From: Antedon mediterranea
Lineage: Eukaryota; Animalia; Echinodermata
Assembly: GCF_964355755.1 (NCBI RefSeq)
Contig: NC_092675.1
Coordinates: 18,882,912 to 18,946,911 of the forward strand
DNA length: 64,000 nt
Direction: 5' to 3'
Shown: one piece after another, positions 1-12,500 of the stretch
Numbering within the stretch: position 1 is the first letter of the stretch
Layout: the number at the start of each line of letters is the position of its first letter
Translations under genes and position numbers: made by a program
Notes under the pieces: model-generated
The model's input: only the letters and a program-made list of their open reading frames with translations
The model's database searches: none
What the model was told of the DNA's origin: nothing

Positions 1-169
1 AAAGCAGACTACAAGATGAAGCACTTTCAACTCAGGAAAGTTATATATAAAATAAAAAGGTAATAAAAAAAAACCGAAGGATCAACATTTAAAAGGATAT
101 ATAGAGATTGCTAGCAAATTGATTAATACGTAGAGAAAAATATAGAAACGTAATACTTTTAGATTAAAA

Positions 170-503
170 TTAAGGGAAGATAATCTAGAAGCTGTCCGAG
201 AGTAGAAAAGACAAAACCTAGTGTAAAAAAGATGGTTAAGGGAAGATAATCTAGAAGCTGTCCGAGAGTAGAAAAGACAAAACCTAGTGTAAAAAAGATG
301 GTTAAGGGAAGATAATCTAGAAGCTGTCCGAGAGTAGAAAAGACAAAACCTAGTGTCAAAAAGATGGTTAAGGGAAGATAATCTAGAAGCTGTCCGAGAG
401 TAGAAAAGACAAAACCTAGTGTAAAAAAGATGGTTAAGGGAAGATAATCTAGAAGCTGTCCGAGAGTAGAAAAGACAAAACCTAGTGTCAAAAAGATGGT
501 TAA
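170..503. repeat. 66-bp tandem repeat, 5 copies
   Basis: Unit TTAAGGGAAGATAATCTAGAAGCTGTCCGAGAGTAGAAAAGACAAAACCTAGTGT(A/C)AAAAAGATGG repeated almost perfectly; explains the 22-aa periodic ORF 159..527. Confidence 0.95.
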
Positions 504-815
504 AGACAGGGCTACCGTACTGAACAATATCCTACTCTAAGCGAATGTCAGGAAGACAGATACATTTTATCAATAAATTTAAATTTACCACATTCATCAT
601 GTTTACACCGTCTAAAGCAGCAATGGCGGCACTTCACAAACACCATCCACATTAATAAATAGCCAACGACATTTCAAATACAACTATTAATGCCACAATC
701 GTCTCCTTATGCACTTATTAATTAGCTGACCAAACATTTAAACATTCAGTAATTATAAATTTTGTCTAGTACATTGATCCGTTAAAAGGCAGTTTGTGAG
801 AAGGCAAGCTACTTA

Positions 816-2972
816 CAGGGCTGCAAATTAAGGGGTATTTGGTCGCATTTGCGACCTAATTTTTCTGTTTGCGACTAAAGCAACAGAATAGGTCGCGCAT
901 AGCGCGACAAGATCGTCTGCTTGTGCGAGTTGTTTCAAATTGAAGTCAGGTGTGTTTTCCCTATTTAACTGTGTTGTAATTTAATCTCTCTCTACTCTAC
1001 GGAAGGCTCAGGAGTTTCCACTAGTCACCGCCGCCGCAAAGGAGTCAGGTTCATTCAAGCGTACAAAGCCCCTAAACGTTTTACACTCGTTGTGATTGGA
1101 AGTTCGTCCATTTATTGTATGCTGCCTTACCCAATCACACAAAAGGACACCAAATACACAGCACAGTGTGACGCGCGGACGACACAAACCTCGTGGAAAA
1201 ATCACCTCCGTTTTAAAGAAGGAATATAAAAAAACAATTGTACCGCCGTACACAGAAGTTAGCCAGGGCGGGCGCGGCAGATACTAAGGATTGTCGCCGC
1301 GCAGCCATCAGCATTTTTTAGGCAGTATAATGGTATATATCATGATTACTAAATAATGTAATTAATGATATATATAATAATATCTATTCATTATATAGAT
1401 TAAACAGCAGTATTGTTTATCAGTAGATTTAATACTTTATTCCAGATTCTGATTATCGAAAATGATATATCAGAGAAAATACCGCAGCTTTTCCTACGAA
1501 GTAGCTTCGTAGATAAAACAGGCTACGTTGTTGGCTTTGTAGGTTACATTGTTTGGCTTCGTTAGTAACCTCAATAAACAACCTCACGATGTTCTATAGT
1601 AAGTAACAAGGTGTGAAAACTATTATTTGATGTGTTAATTTTGACTGGCGGAGGAGGACCAATTTGTACATTACTAAGAAATATATAATATAATATTTTT
1701 TATTCGTAAATGTTTCATTTGTGTGTGTTTTTTTACTCTCAACAACGGTGAATATAAATTTCCTACAATGTAAACGTATACGAGACACGATCCAACACAA
1801 TGAACTATGCCAACTAATAAAAAATAATATAGCGAACGTCCAGTCGATCCAAAAACATGCAAACAAAAAGATCGTAAACAATTCATTCTAAATATAGTAT
1901 CAGAACGTTCAATCGGTCGCTCAAAAAGACTGCCGACAGAAGATCGTAATTAATACAGACCTAGTTTTTTGGTCACATGTCATGAAACGCGATACTCTGT
2001 TTTACCACGTGGCTACAAAACAGAGTACCTGAATTTTGCGTCACGTGAAACGTAATACAGCTCTATAAACTGTTCCCACGATTCGCACGTTTTTCCCCTC
2101 CAAATTCTGGTCGGGCCTTTTATCGTAATAATAATTTACAAAGGCCTATGTTAAATCTTAACATGGAATATATATTTATTTTGCATATATTTTGTTTGCG
2201 TCCTAGCCAAGGTGTTGTTGTTTTTATAATTCGCTAAACCAAGGTAGGATTGAATGGTCGGATTGAATCATGTAGGCCGCCGAAACTCTCTCTGCGTGAG
2301 TTGAGGGCCTCGGGCCCGATGTCGTCTCGTCGGCGGATGTCCTGCCAAATTAGGACAACCGATGTGTAGGGCGGCTACAAAAATTAACGTCTTCTACTAG
2401 GATTTTAATTAGCCAACAAATACATGTTTGTTTCCATTGTTCATGCTCCTAAAGGCGATGACATTTAATTGGTGTATCGACGCGTAGATATTATCATAAA
2501 CAATACATCGTAGGCAACGAACAATACTTTGTAAATTGCAGGATACGTTTAGAGAACAATGACCTACGGTCTATTTACGCGTAGGCTACGAAAGGTTACG
2601 CGTATATACAAAGCAGTAATTTCTTTCCGTACCGTAAAAAGAATAAATCTTGCGTGAATATAAGTGGCGCATCAGGACCAGTGCCTAAAATGTGCATAAC
2701 CCAATCTATGTGCTCAGAAATCGATTGAAACAACCTATAATTACTTAAAAATCCCCCCCCCAAGCGCGGGGGGAGGGGGGGGGCTTTATTTGTATACCTC
2801 CCCCCCCCCCCCAACTAAACTAAAAACGGATCTGCGCGGATGGGGTTTGAGGGAAGGTTGTTGTCGATGAAAAGGTGCTACTAAAAAAATTGGTGGTGCT
2901 ACCAAAAATTATTATGAGCCATCATACAAATTTGATAGTGCTACCAAGTAAAAAAGTTAATTTGCAGCCCTG
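816..2972. mobile_element. Non-autonomous TIR DNA transposon (hAT-like), 2.16 kb, 6-bp TSD
   Basis: Perfect 16-bp TIR CAGGGCTGCAAATTAA / TTAATTTGCAGCCCTG; TACTTA flanks both ends (810-815, 2973-2978); subterminal GGTCGC/GCGAC and GGTGCTAC repeats; CpG-rich interior with no transposase ORF. Confidence 0.85.
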
Positions 2973-5900
2973 TACTTATGACATTATCAGTGAAATATAA
3001 TGTAGCTTTTAGTCTATTTGGCAAATTGAAGCAACAATATTTGGTTAGACTTATTGTTCAACTACATGGTACTTTTTACATCAGCAAATAAAATATCTAA
3101 CTCTTTTTTTAGTTTATTTCGCAATTGTTGAAGCAACAATATTTGGATAGTCTTATTGTTTAAGCTACAGTATTTTTGATTGACAGAGAGAATGATATTA
3201 TTTCTTATGTTCTCAATCAATGATTTTGTATGAATGCAAATACTGTAAGTTAAATAATTCATTGGAGCAAAATTGCAATCAATAAAACATATTTTTTTAA
3301 TTTATTAAAATGTATAAAACAAATGAAGAGTTGAACAAATAATAGAATTCTTTATTTCCATAAACTATAAAAATGGTGTCATCTGCTTTTATACGTCAAG
3401 AGAAAAAAAATACTGTAGTAGATTGGTTTTGTTTTGGAAATAATAATAATAATTTCATGAGATTTTTTCATGGATCAAAGAAAGTACAGTACTGTAGAAT
3501 ATACCAACAATAGTAATGAAAATGAATGAATTAACTTCACAAACAAATAATTGTTTTTGCCCATTTAAATGAATCACTTTAAATTAAACTGAATTTACTG
3601 TTTAAAGGCAATTGAAATAATAAATTACAGGGAACAAACGCAACAAGACATCAATCAGTATAATCCCCACAACCACAATATTTTCTAAACAAACGATACT
3701 CAGTCTCAGTATTTCTAAATTGAAAGAAATTGTTATTGTATGATTTGTCAAAGTACGTCAATAGGCCTACTGCTTAGCCAATTTGGTCAACTACGTCAGG
3801 GCTACTGCTTAGCACAAGGCTTAGCCATAGGGTTACCACCTGTATTTTGTAATCCTATTGCTATCATCATAGATGAACCTGTTGCACAGCATTGCACTTA
3901 AATCTGTTTTACTAGGAAACCTGCTTTCTACGGATATGGAATAGTTTTCTTAATGAAAACAACCAATGCATTTGGCTTAATGATTTCCATCCAGTCTGAC
4001 AAATGTACAATTTTAACCCTTAAGATATTGAAATTGTCAAAATCTGCTTTTAAACACTGCACTTGATCTAAGTAGTAAACATCTGGTTTATATGGATGGA
4101 TCATTTTCGTTTTAAACAAGATATGTTTCAATCATTTCTAAGATTTAAAGTAATTCAGTGATTTCCTCAGCAATTAACAAAACACCTTACTTTATTACTA
4201 ATTCATCCTATAAACTGTGTATTATAATAAAAGGAAAAACGTCGTAATCCTATCATGGTCATGATTTACAGACTCGCAAGTCAATTGTTTTGTGGTTCAA
4301 GAATTTTCTGAAATCACAGGTGAAAAGTTACAACAAAAAACATTGATAAAATGCAATTACAGTATAACATAATTAAATTGATTCCTTTTCGATCATGCTG
4401 AGGTTGCGACCAGCAGTTGACATTTAATAATAGAATCACTAATGTTAAGATTTCTTCAGAACATGCAACTTTTATCAACCAGCTCTCCATGGTTTTAAGT
4501 AGTTACAGTTCATGATGGGTTCAAACACTAATGAGGTGATTATGAAAGTAGCCACTGTGCAATACACCATAATGCAATACTCCTCTGGGGTTGTGGTGTT
4601 ACTACTTATTCAACGAATTTGATCTCCTTTGCAATTGAATACACATATTGAATATCTGAAGATATGATTAAGTCATGATATACAGTACACAATACTACAT
4701 TGTACGTACTAGAAATGTGTTTATACTTATAGATGGCTTTCAAATCAAAATCACTTTACAATGTATACATTTCCTGCTAAATAATGTTCTACAGGAATAG
4801 TATAGTTTGTAGTGGATAGCAAAAAATAACTTTGGCTGTTATTAAGGCGTCTGGTTACATAATGTCAAGAATATAGTTAACCAATATTCCAAGCCTTCTA
4901 GTACACAACATACTGTGCTGTACGTCCCAAATACTTGTATTTATACAATTACATTTCTATAACACCAAGTAAATTAAATTATCAACTACATGAAATGTTT
5001 TGTTTGTATTAAGAACTTGAGCTCAGAAACAAACAGGTGGTCAGACAGATTCATCACATGCAACTGGTAAATGCTGTGAATATCGCGCTAACAATACACA
5101 AACTAAAATGACAAACAATGGCAAACATACCATTAGTACTGTAACTTAAGGCAAGATGTAAGTAAGGTGGATAATTAATAAAAGAAGAAGCTAGGTAAAA
5201 TATATAAACAAAATGTGTGAAATTGAGCATTAAAATTCTGCAAGGTCTGTTTAACATAATGTATACAGTAGCTAGTAGGATTATTGTGATAATATTACTG
5301 ACAATTATCTAGCTTTTGTCAACTTTGAAGGTAAAATTTAATTTATATAATTAAACTTGTGGCAAAGCAATTCATCAGGGTCCTCTTGCTTCTATTTTTA
5401 GTTAGAAAATAGTAGTCACACAAACATCATTAGAAAGAACTGTGCTTTTAGTATATTACACACTGTGTTAGTTCAAGTGTATACATAGAGGGGGCAAGTG
5501 AAAATGTACAATATTAACAAACATAAACTTTAACAAAATACAGTACTGTACACGGATTGATTTTTTTCACTAAAAGACAGCATGGCAACATCAACTGAAT
5601 ATAAAAAATAACCAAACCAGAACCAAATTGAAATATTGTATAATATATTAATATTTAAATATTCAATTACTAATACTACTTAGAAAAAAATGCCACTTTC
5701 GAATAAATACAAATGGAAATTTAAGTACATTTCAGATTTTAATTTATTAAGATGATTTCCTATGGATAATCCATTAAATTTATAATGAATAAGTTTGGCA
5801 AAAGTAACATTCTAACCTAACAGTATGGATTGAATTTTGGTATTGTATTATATAGTTTTGTATTCAATTTATAGGATGAAATATCACTAAACAAGAAATA

Positions 5901-6410
5901 TTTCTTACAAAAAACGCTGCTCACTTATTGAAAAATATTTTTTATTTCAAATGTTTTTGAATGTGTCATTTTATTGTCACATAATAGTTATTTTACCTGA
6001 AAAAAAAGTAATTTAAAGTAACAAATACTTAAATTGTCTGTCAGACAATGGTTTTGGGGTTTCTTTTCTCTTTTTATATGTGAATAAATATTATTTTTTT
6101 GTTACAGAAGTGAATACTCAATTTCTGTCACTTTAGTTAATTTTATTGCTAAGGTCAAGTCTGGGGGTCACTTCATAACCCTAGACATTTCAAGTGTGAA
6201 GTATCCTATTACAAACACAAACTTTAATGGACTGTTTGGATAATAATTCAATCAATATCTGACAGTGAATTACAGTCAAAAGTCAGTATTATAGTCAAAT
6301 GGGACTCATAAATATCAGAAATGCTTTGGGATTTGTAATTTTAGCATGACATGTCCTAATAGACTCTTTTCCCAGACGTTTTTTGGGGCTAGCAGCTGGT
6401 AATCTATAAA

Positions 6411-6534
6411 TTATAGTGGTGTTTCCATTTTCGCAAAACTGTCGTCCTTAGAACTGATAACTGCTGCTTGCTTTAGCTTCTGATTGAGTAGTTCTAATGG
6501 GACGTAGCGGGCTAGAGCAGCAGCGTGAAAAAAC
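6411..6534 (-). CDS. Candidate non-canonical terminal coding exon of RPL34
   Basis: Acceptor ...GAATTCTTTTAG, phase compatible with the 9571 donor, reads (R)FFHAAALARYVPLELLNQKLKQAAVISSKDDSFAKMETPL*; GC-richer than flanks; AATAAA downstream (6147-6142). Not recognisably homologous to the normal eL34 tail. Confidence 0.35.
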
Positions 6535-6835
6535 CTAAAAGAATTCCCACAAGGAAGGGATTATGTATAGCATGATGTTCTAAAATGCAAGAGTAATGAG
6601 TTCAATAAAATTACATTTTTTCGTTCATAAAAATATACCTATAATAAGAAAATGCTGAAATTGCTGAAATTGCCTAAACTTAATGCTCCAAATTATAATA
6701 TTCTATAAAAAAAATATAAAAAAAACGAGAAGAAAAAAACAAAAGTAAAAAATGTAATATTGAGACTAGTCCTAAAAACAAAAATGTTTGAGGTTACAGT
6801 AGAAAAATAAAACAAATTAGGATTTTATAATTTGT

Positions 6836-7105
6836 AATTGTATTAAACTACTTTGGAATAGTTTAATACAATTACAACCCTGATGATGCAGTACCCACTG
6901 CTTTGCTTGGGCTTGAATCTAATACCTAGCCATCAGCACAAGCTTGGTGGTCTGGAGAGGTATGAACGCCGGGCTAGTGATCTGGAGGATGTGAGTTCGA
7001 GTCCCAACCGAGAATTACTTGCGAATTTTTTCACAAGTATTCTCAAATGTACTTAGTATTAAAGTACAAATTACATCAGATTAGGGCAAAATATTCTGAC
7101 CGATT
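6836..7105 (+). mobile_element. tRNA-derived retroposed insert (SINE-like) with 14-bp TSD
   Basis: ATTTTATAATTTGT at 6822-6835 and 7106-7119; tRNA-like segment 6942-7013 with A box TGGTCTGGAGAGG, B box GAGTTCGAGTCC, anticodon loop CTAGTGA and acceptor pairing CTTGGT/ACCGAG. Confidence 0.75.
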
Positions 7106-7864
7106 ATTTTATAATTTGTTTATCACAGCCTACATACATTAATAATATCTTTAATCTTTAGGCAGGCTAGTTAACTATACTCTTATTGCCTTTTCCTTCA
7201 GATGGGACATAAAGAAAGTGGTCCCACGTACATACAATGTTCAGATAAAGAACTTGGCACACTTGACATGGAATAGGGGATCATCTCCTGATCGTCAACC
7301 GAGGACAATATTAATTATTAATTAACAAAAAGTGCAAAATCGAAATGAAGTTGAAAATACAATTTAACTTTAATATCACTTTTGCAAGAAACGCATTACT
7401 ATTTTTTTTTTATCTCTGCTCATTAATATAGGCTAGTTTATCAGAGGCAGATTAAATATTAAATTTTAATCAATTTTTGTCAATCGCAACTTTATCTGTA
7501 ATAAACAGATTACACGTTAATTTGTCATTCTTTCTCCGAAAAACGTGTTCCTTCACGAGAAATGTGTCTAAAAAACAACCCAAGAACAGTATTAACATCA
7601 GGCAGCTAAGTATGATTATCTCTACTCATCACTAGTTATCGTAATAAAATGCAAAGAATGGGCATGCATTGCAATAAATCATAGCTCCAACATGTCAATA
7701 AAGAGATATTTAAATTAAGAACGAGAACTGTAATGATCATTTCAAGGACAGTTGGCAATTCAAGAGGTAAAATATAAGGGTCAACTGCAATTGCTTTCAT
7801 TTATTTAATTATGCCATATTATTAATTATATTTTTTCCCAAGTTGTTTGTAGTATATTTAATTA

Positions 7865-8000
7865 AGCTTGGTTTCCACTAGGACGCAATACAAAGAGCAA
7901 CGCTTTTTGACCAATCGCGACATGATGGATCATAATCTATCGCATCGTGATTGGTCAGATTACTTGTGTTGTCCTTACCTCATCTTGCCCTTACGCCATT
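7865..8000. mobile_element. Degenerate Harbinger-like MITE (family B)
   Basis: Left end AGCTTGGTTTCCACTAG after TTA, plus internal inverted TGACCAATC...GATTGGTCA shared with the intact copy at 38825-39003; right end decayed. Confidence 0.55.
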
Positions 8001-8238
8001 GTGATGCATCATAGTAGGTTTAAATTGTTGTAAAGTTGTTAAATCATTTTTACTGATTAAGAACACAATTCCTTCTACTTCAACCCTCTCTATCCCCCCC
8101 CCCCCCCCAAAAAAAATATTTTGACGAAGGAATGAATGGATGTATTAATGTACAGTAAAAAGTACAAATGTATTACCGATTTCTTTTTTTTTTCATGTTG
8201 ATGAAAGGGAAAATTTTTTTTTTCAAATTGATGATTAA

Positions 8239-8845
8239 AGCCCCCTTCCCTACGTTTTTTAGATCTAATTTAAGATCACAAACTATATTTAATGTAAAAA
8301 TAATACTATATGGTCCTTTTGCGATAACTTTTTTCGTCTTTAAACGGTTAAAAATGTGAAAAATAAGTCGATTCTAATAATTATAGCGGCCCGCTATAAA
8401 TCCCAAAATGCAGTGCGCGCGGATTGATATTTTTGCTTTTCACCTGTAATTCGCCCACTTTTCGATCGATCGTGAGGCCAAAACAAATGGAAGACTCCTA
8501 ACTTTTCAGCGAAAATACCGGTTTTTCCCCAATTTGTATCAACGGAGTCTGGCAAAAATAGAAAGACAATTAATGCAGCAACTATACAACGTCAGGCTAG
8601 GTATATAGCTAGCGTACGATGTTCGTACGTTACCGATGTTTACCAGCTAGGCCTACAAAACTAAGCCTAGCTAGGCTAGGCCTAAGACCGTCCACGAGAG
8701 GTCGATCGCCGCGAGCTACTTAGGTAGTGCATTGTTTCTCACTTTTTATCATAATTTACCATAAAACGTACATTTAAGACAAGGAATGACATGGTTTAAT
8801 GTTTTTAAAGTGATATATATGTATTATTTTCCAAAAAAGGGGTCT
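8239..8845. mobile_element. Kolobok-like non-autonomous element, TTAA TSD
   Basis: TTAA|AGCCCCCTT ... AAGGGGTCT|TTAA (9-bp TIR, 1 mismatch, AG..CT termini); CpG-rich interior in CpG-poor flanks. Confidence 0.6.
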
Positions 8846-9570
8846 TTAACTAAATTTATGAAATCTGAAAGCATATTCATTGATATTTTTATAGACAATT
8901 TTTTAATTGATTTGATTAATAAGAAGTTTCAAAACACCGCAATCTAGTATGATCAAATAAATTCAATAACAATTAAAAAAATCTTGAAAGATTAGCCTTC
9001 AGTCTAGCTTCGCTTAGACTGTAAATGTTCTAAATTGTATAGGATAGAAAAAATTGGCTAATTCTAAACTATATTTAATAGTACTACTGTAAACTAATTG
9101 ATAGTCAACTAAATTCAGGGTATTTTATAGATCACATTTCAACACAGAGACATTGATATTTTAAAAATATTTAAATGAGAGTACAAATTAACCCAGTAAG
9201 CTTAACAATTATTCTTTCTTTTGTGGCTTCAGTAAAAACCTGCCTGAAGAGCTAAATTGTATAGATTTACCAGTGCTAGGTTATGTAATTAATGTTGAAT
9301 TCAACTATTGCTTGCAGCTGATTACTCATTCATCAATGATGCTAGTGGGATAATTACCTACCTTAGAGGGACAAAATAGTTGAACGGCGAAAATGAATCT
9401 AGGTTGTTTATCTTTAATATTGCTGTTCTACTTAACAACCTCTATCCATTTACATTGCACAGTTGGCTTTAATATTGACAGTTTCTTCTTGGCATTTACA
9501 CAGCCTGCTGTTAAACATTTATGTAAATAAAGTTGTGTAGTTTAGCGAGCAGTTAGCCAAGCTCACTCAC

Positions 9571-12500
9571 CTTAATCGAACACAGGCTCCGCATCTTGAA
9601 CCACCATAAGCTCTTGTGACATGCTTCTTGGTCTGAGAAATTCGCATTAGTTTCTTAGGGCGAGCTGCAACAACCTGTAAAAAAAAAGAAACATAGGTTT
9701 GTTAAAACTAACTAAAAGCCAATGACGAGTGTACAGTAATAGTTAAATAACTCTCCCAATACACAATTCTCTGAAAACCGAAATTCCCTCAAAAACCAGA
9801 CTTTTCTTTCAGACTTACAAAATGTCAACAAATTAAAAATAAAAACATGGAAAGCCAGACATACAACATTATATTATACTGTTTAGAATGTTTCTATATG
9901 TAAAAATAACTCAAAATTACAGTATTTAAAAACACACATCTTAAAAGAATACCATGATAGATGAAGGGCTACTGTACATAGAGATTTTGCAAGAAGATAA
10001 TATATTATTAATGCTCCAATATCTAGCCAAAAGACAAACACAAAGTCTGCAATTTATAACGGCTATAAAGAGTATTTGATTATTTACAACAATGTTGTAA
10101 ATTACTAATAATAGTGTGTATCCCGCTTGGAATTATCATTTGGACTCCATTGATCCTATGTACTCCTACAACTATTAATCAACAGCTAAAAAGATAAGAG
10201 CATTTGAAGTTCTAATACCTTTATTAATTTATGTCACAAAATCCGATTATATGTAACACGATTCATTTTATTTACAATATTCTAACATGCATTTGATTAA
10301 TTAAATGGATAAGACAAATAGGAAATATTATTATCAATTCACCAATACATGTCAACTGAAAAATGATTTCATAAAGAACACACCTACGCGTTCTAAATCA
10401 CGACAGCCAAGGTACAGCTGAAGGTTCAGTACATTGAATTGAAGGGAGTATTGGGCATCAAGACATAGGAGCAAGGACATTTCTTTTTCATTTAAGAAAT
10501 ATCAGTGTATTTTGTCATAGTTAATGTACTTCCACAGTCCAACTTGCATCAGCGTTGGTGCAAATTTATATTTTTCAGGACGGTTTTTGTGGAAGTTGCT
10601 ACTGTTAATTTCCTGGTGAAATGTTTTCTCTTTCTCTTTTGTATATTTTGTATTGTATATGGATGTACAGGAAATGATTAATTTTTAAGCCATCAGAGAC
10701 AACTAATTGATTTTTTTTTCTCTCTTTTGTGGCGTAAACAACGCTTTAATTTACATTATTATCATAATAGTCATCATAACATCTTCATATTATTTTCATC
10801 ATTTCATTACCTATTGAGAGCTAATGTTTAAGATTGGTATAATTTTGTTTAAGGTTTTTGTCAGCTGCTAGCAACATGAATGTTTCTGTAGATCAATATC
10901 CCTATAGATATCATCAGTGCGTTGTCATTCAACCTTGTAACACATATTTTGCATGAGATAACAGCACTGAACATAACGAATGAGCATTCTGGAGGCACAA
11001 GCAAGCTCAAGAGAGGATACACACTGTACAACAGTGAATAACATTTCAGTTGTGGCTTGATGGAGTAAATACTTTTATCCCAGTCAGCTATTGTAGATTG
11101 TAATCAGCTTTGTGTCTCTACAGGCATAACTCGTTCAGATTATTTATTGCTACTAATATCTGGCGATTGATTTATTTTTGTCCTTTTTTCATTAATCAAT
11201 CCCTTTCTATTAACCGAACAATCATCAATCGTACTACTGCATATCGGTCAAATTACCCTTTTTAAGTTTTTAAATTTTACTTTCTTGAATACAACCAAAC
11301 TACAATGTAATTGAATAACTATGAATGCTAAATATTAGATTATAAAAGAGAAATCTTAAATGAGAAATGGATTGTGACGAAACACTAAAAAAAAAAGGAA
11401 AAACCTGAAATTGTAAGAAAACATTAAGAAACATAAAAAGTAAAGCCAGAAATGGGACACTGATTGTACGAAAGCAAAAGAAGATTAAAAAGCAAAACCT
11501 GAATTGGTGTATTGTTTTTCTTTGATTATTTTTATAATTACTAATTAAAATGCGCATTATATGTTTGCTAATGTATTATACAGAACTAGATACTAGTAAA
11601 ATCAATCAAAACTTTTACACTAGTGTTCTATTTACAGAGTACAGGCCTGTCCAATGGGCTATAAAATCTCAATTCTTTAAAAGAAGGTTTATTTTTAAAC
11701 TGTTTTTAAAGTCCCATTGTCAAGTTTTATAACTTATTTTCTATGAACCCCTGCTAGTTTCTGCTGAAACATAATAACATAACATGTTTTTATTTAAATA
11801 CTAATAAATTGTTAATTTGGATTAAATGCTACATCTGTTAACATACACTCATGAACCGAATGATGTCACAGGATCATCTCTGATTTTACAAGTTATGTAC
11901 AATATAAAGTCTTGATAAATTTCAATGTTTTTTTTCTCAATGTATTGCGTCATACCATGTGCCATAAATTCAAACACACTCTCCTAAAAAGTGGCAGTTA
12001 AAAACAGTGACAGTATTTGCATTAGTTAAGATTTATTAATTCAATTCTAACAAACAAAATGTATCCATTAAAGCGAAATAAATACATTAAATGTAACTGG
12101 CCAGAAGACTTCAAATGTTCCGATAATTTCATTCAGATCTTTTTAGCAGTGTTGTTGTAGTAGCTGTTGAAATAAGTATGCAGTTCCGACACTTATGCCT
12201 AGATAAAACTGTAATTTAATCTACAGTATCTGTAAAAAACGATAGAAAAAACAACCGACGACGCATATTAAAGCTCTACACAGATAACTTGCAAATCCTA
12301 TGAGATACTTAGAATGATGCAAAAAAAAAACAAAAACACTTATACATATTTTTCACACCTCACCGATATTTCTGAAACCCAGTCCAAAATAGATTAATAA
12401 CATCTTTACATTGTACAAAAACCGTATGTTGGGAAGCTTTATCTTTTTTAACCAAGTTACAATTACAGGTAGCATAAAGATCTTTTCACTCAACTCTAAA

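Noticed and set aside
159-527. 122-aa hydrophobic repeat ORF
   Set aside because: It is the reverse reading of a 66-bp tandem repeat that happens to lack stops; there is no gene context.
6942-7013. Functional tRNA-Thr gene
   Set aside because: T-stem and D-stem pair poorly and it lies inside a TSD-flanked insert; treated as a SINE-like head.
10693-10777. C/D box snoRNA (ATGATGA...CTGA on the minus strand)
   Set aside because: No terminal stem or recognisable guide; such boxes are expected by chance in AT-rich DNA.
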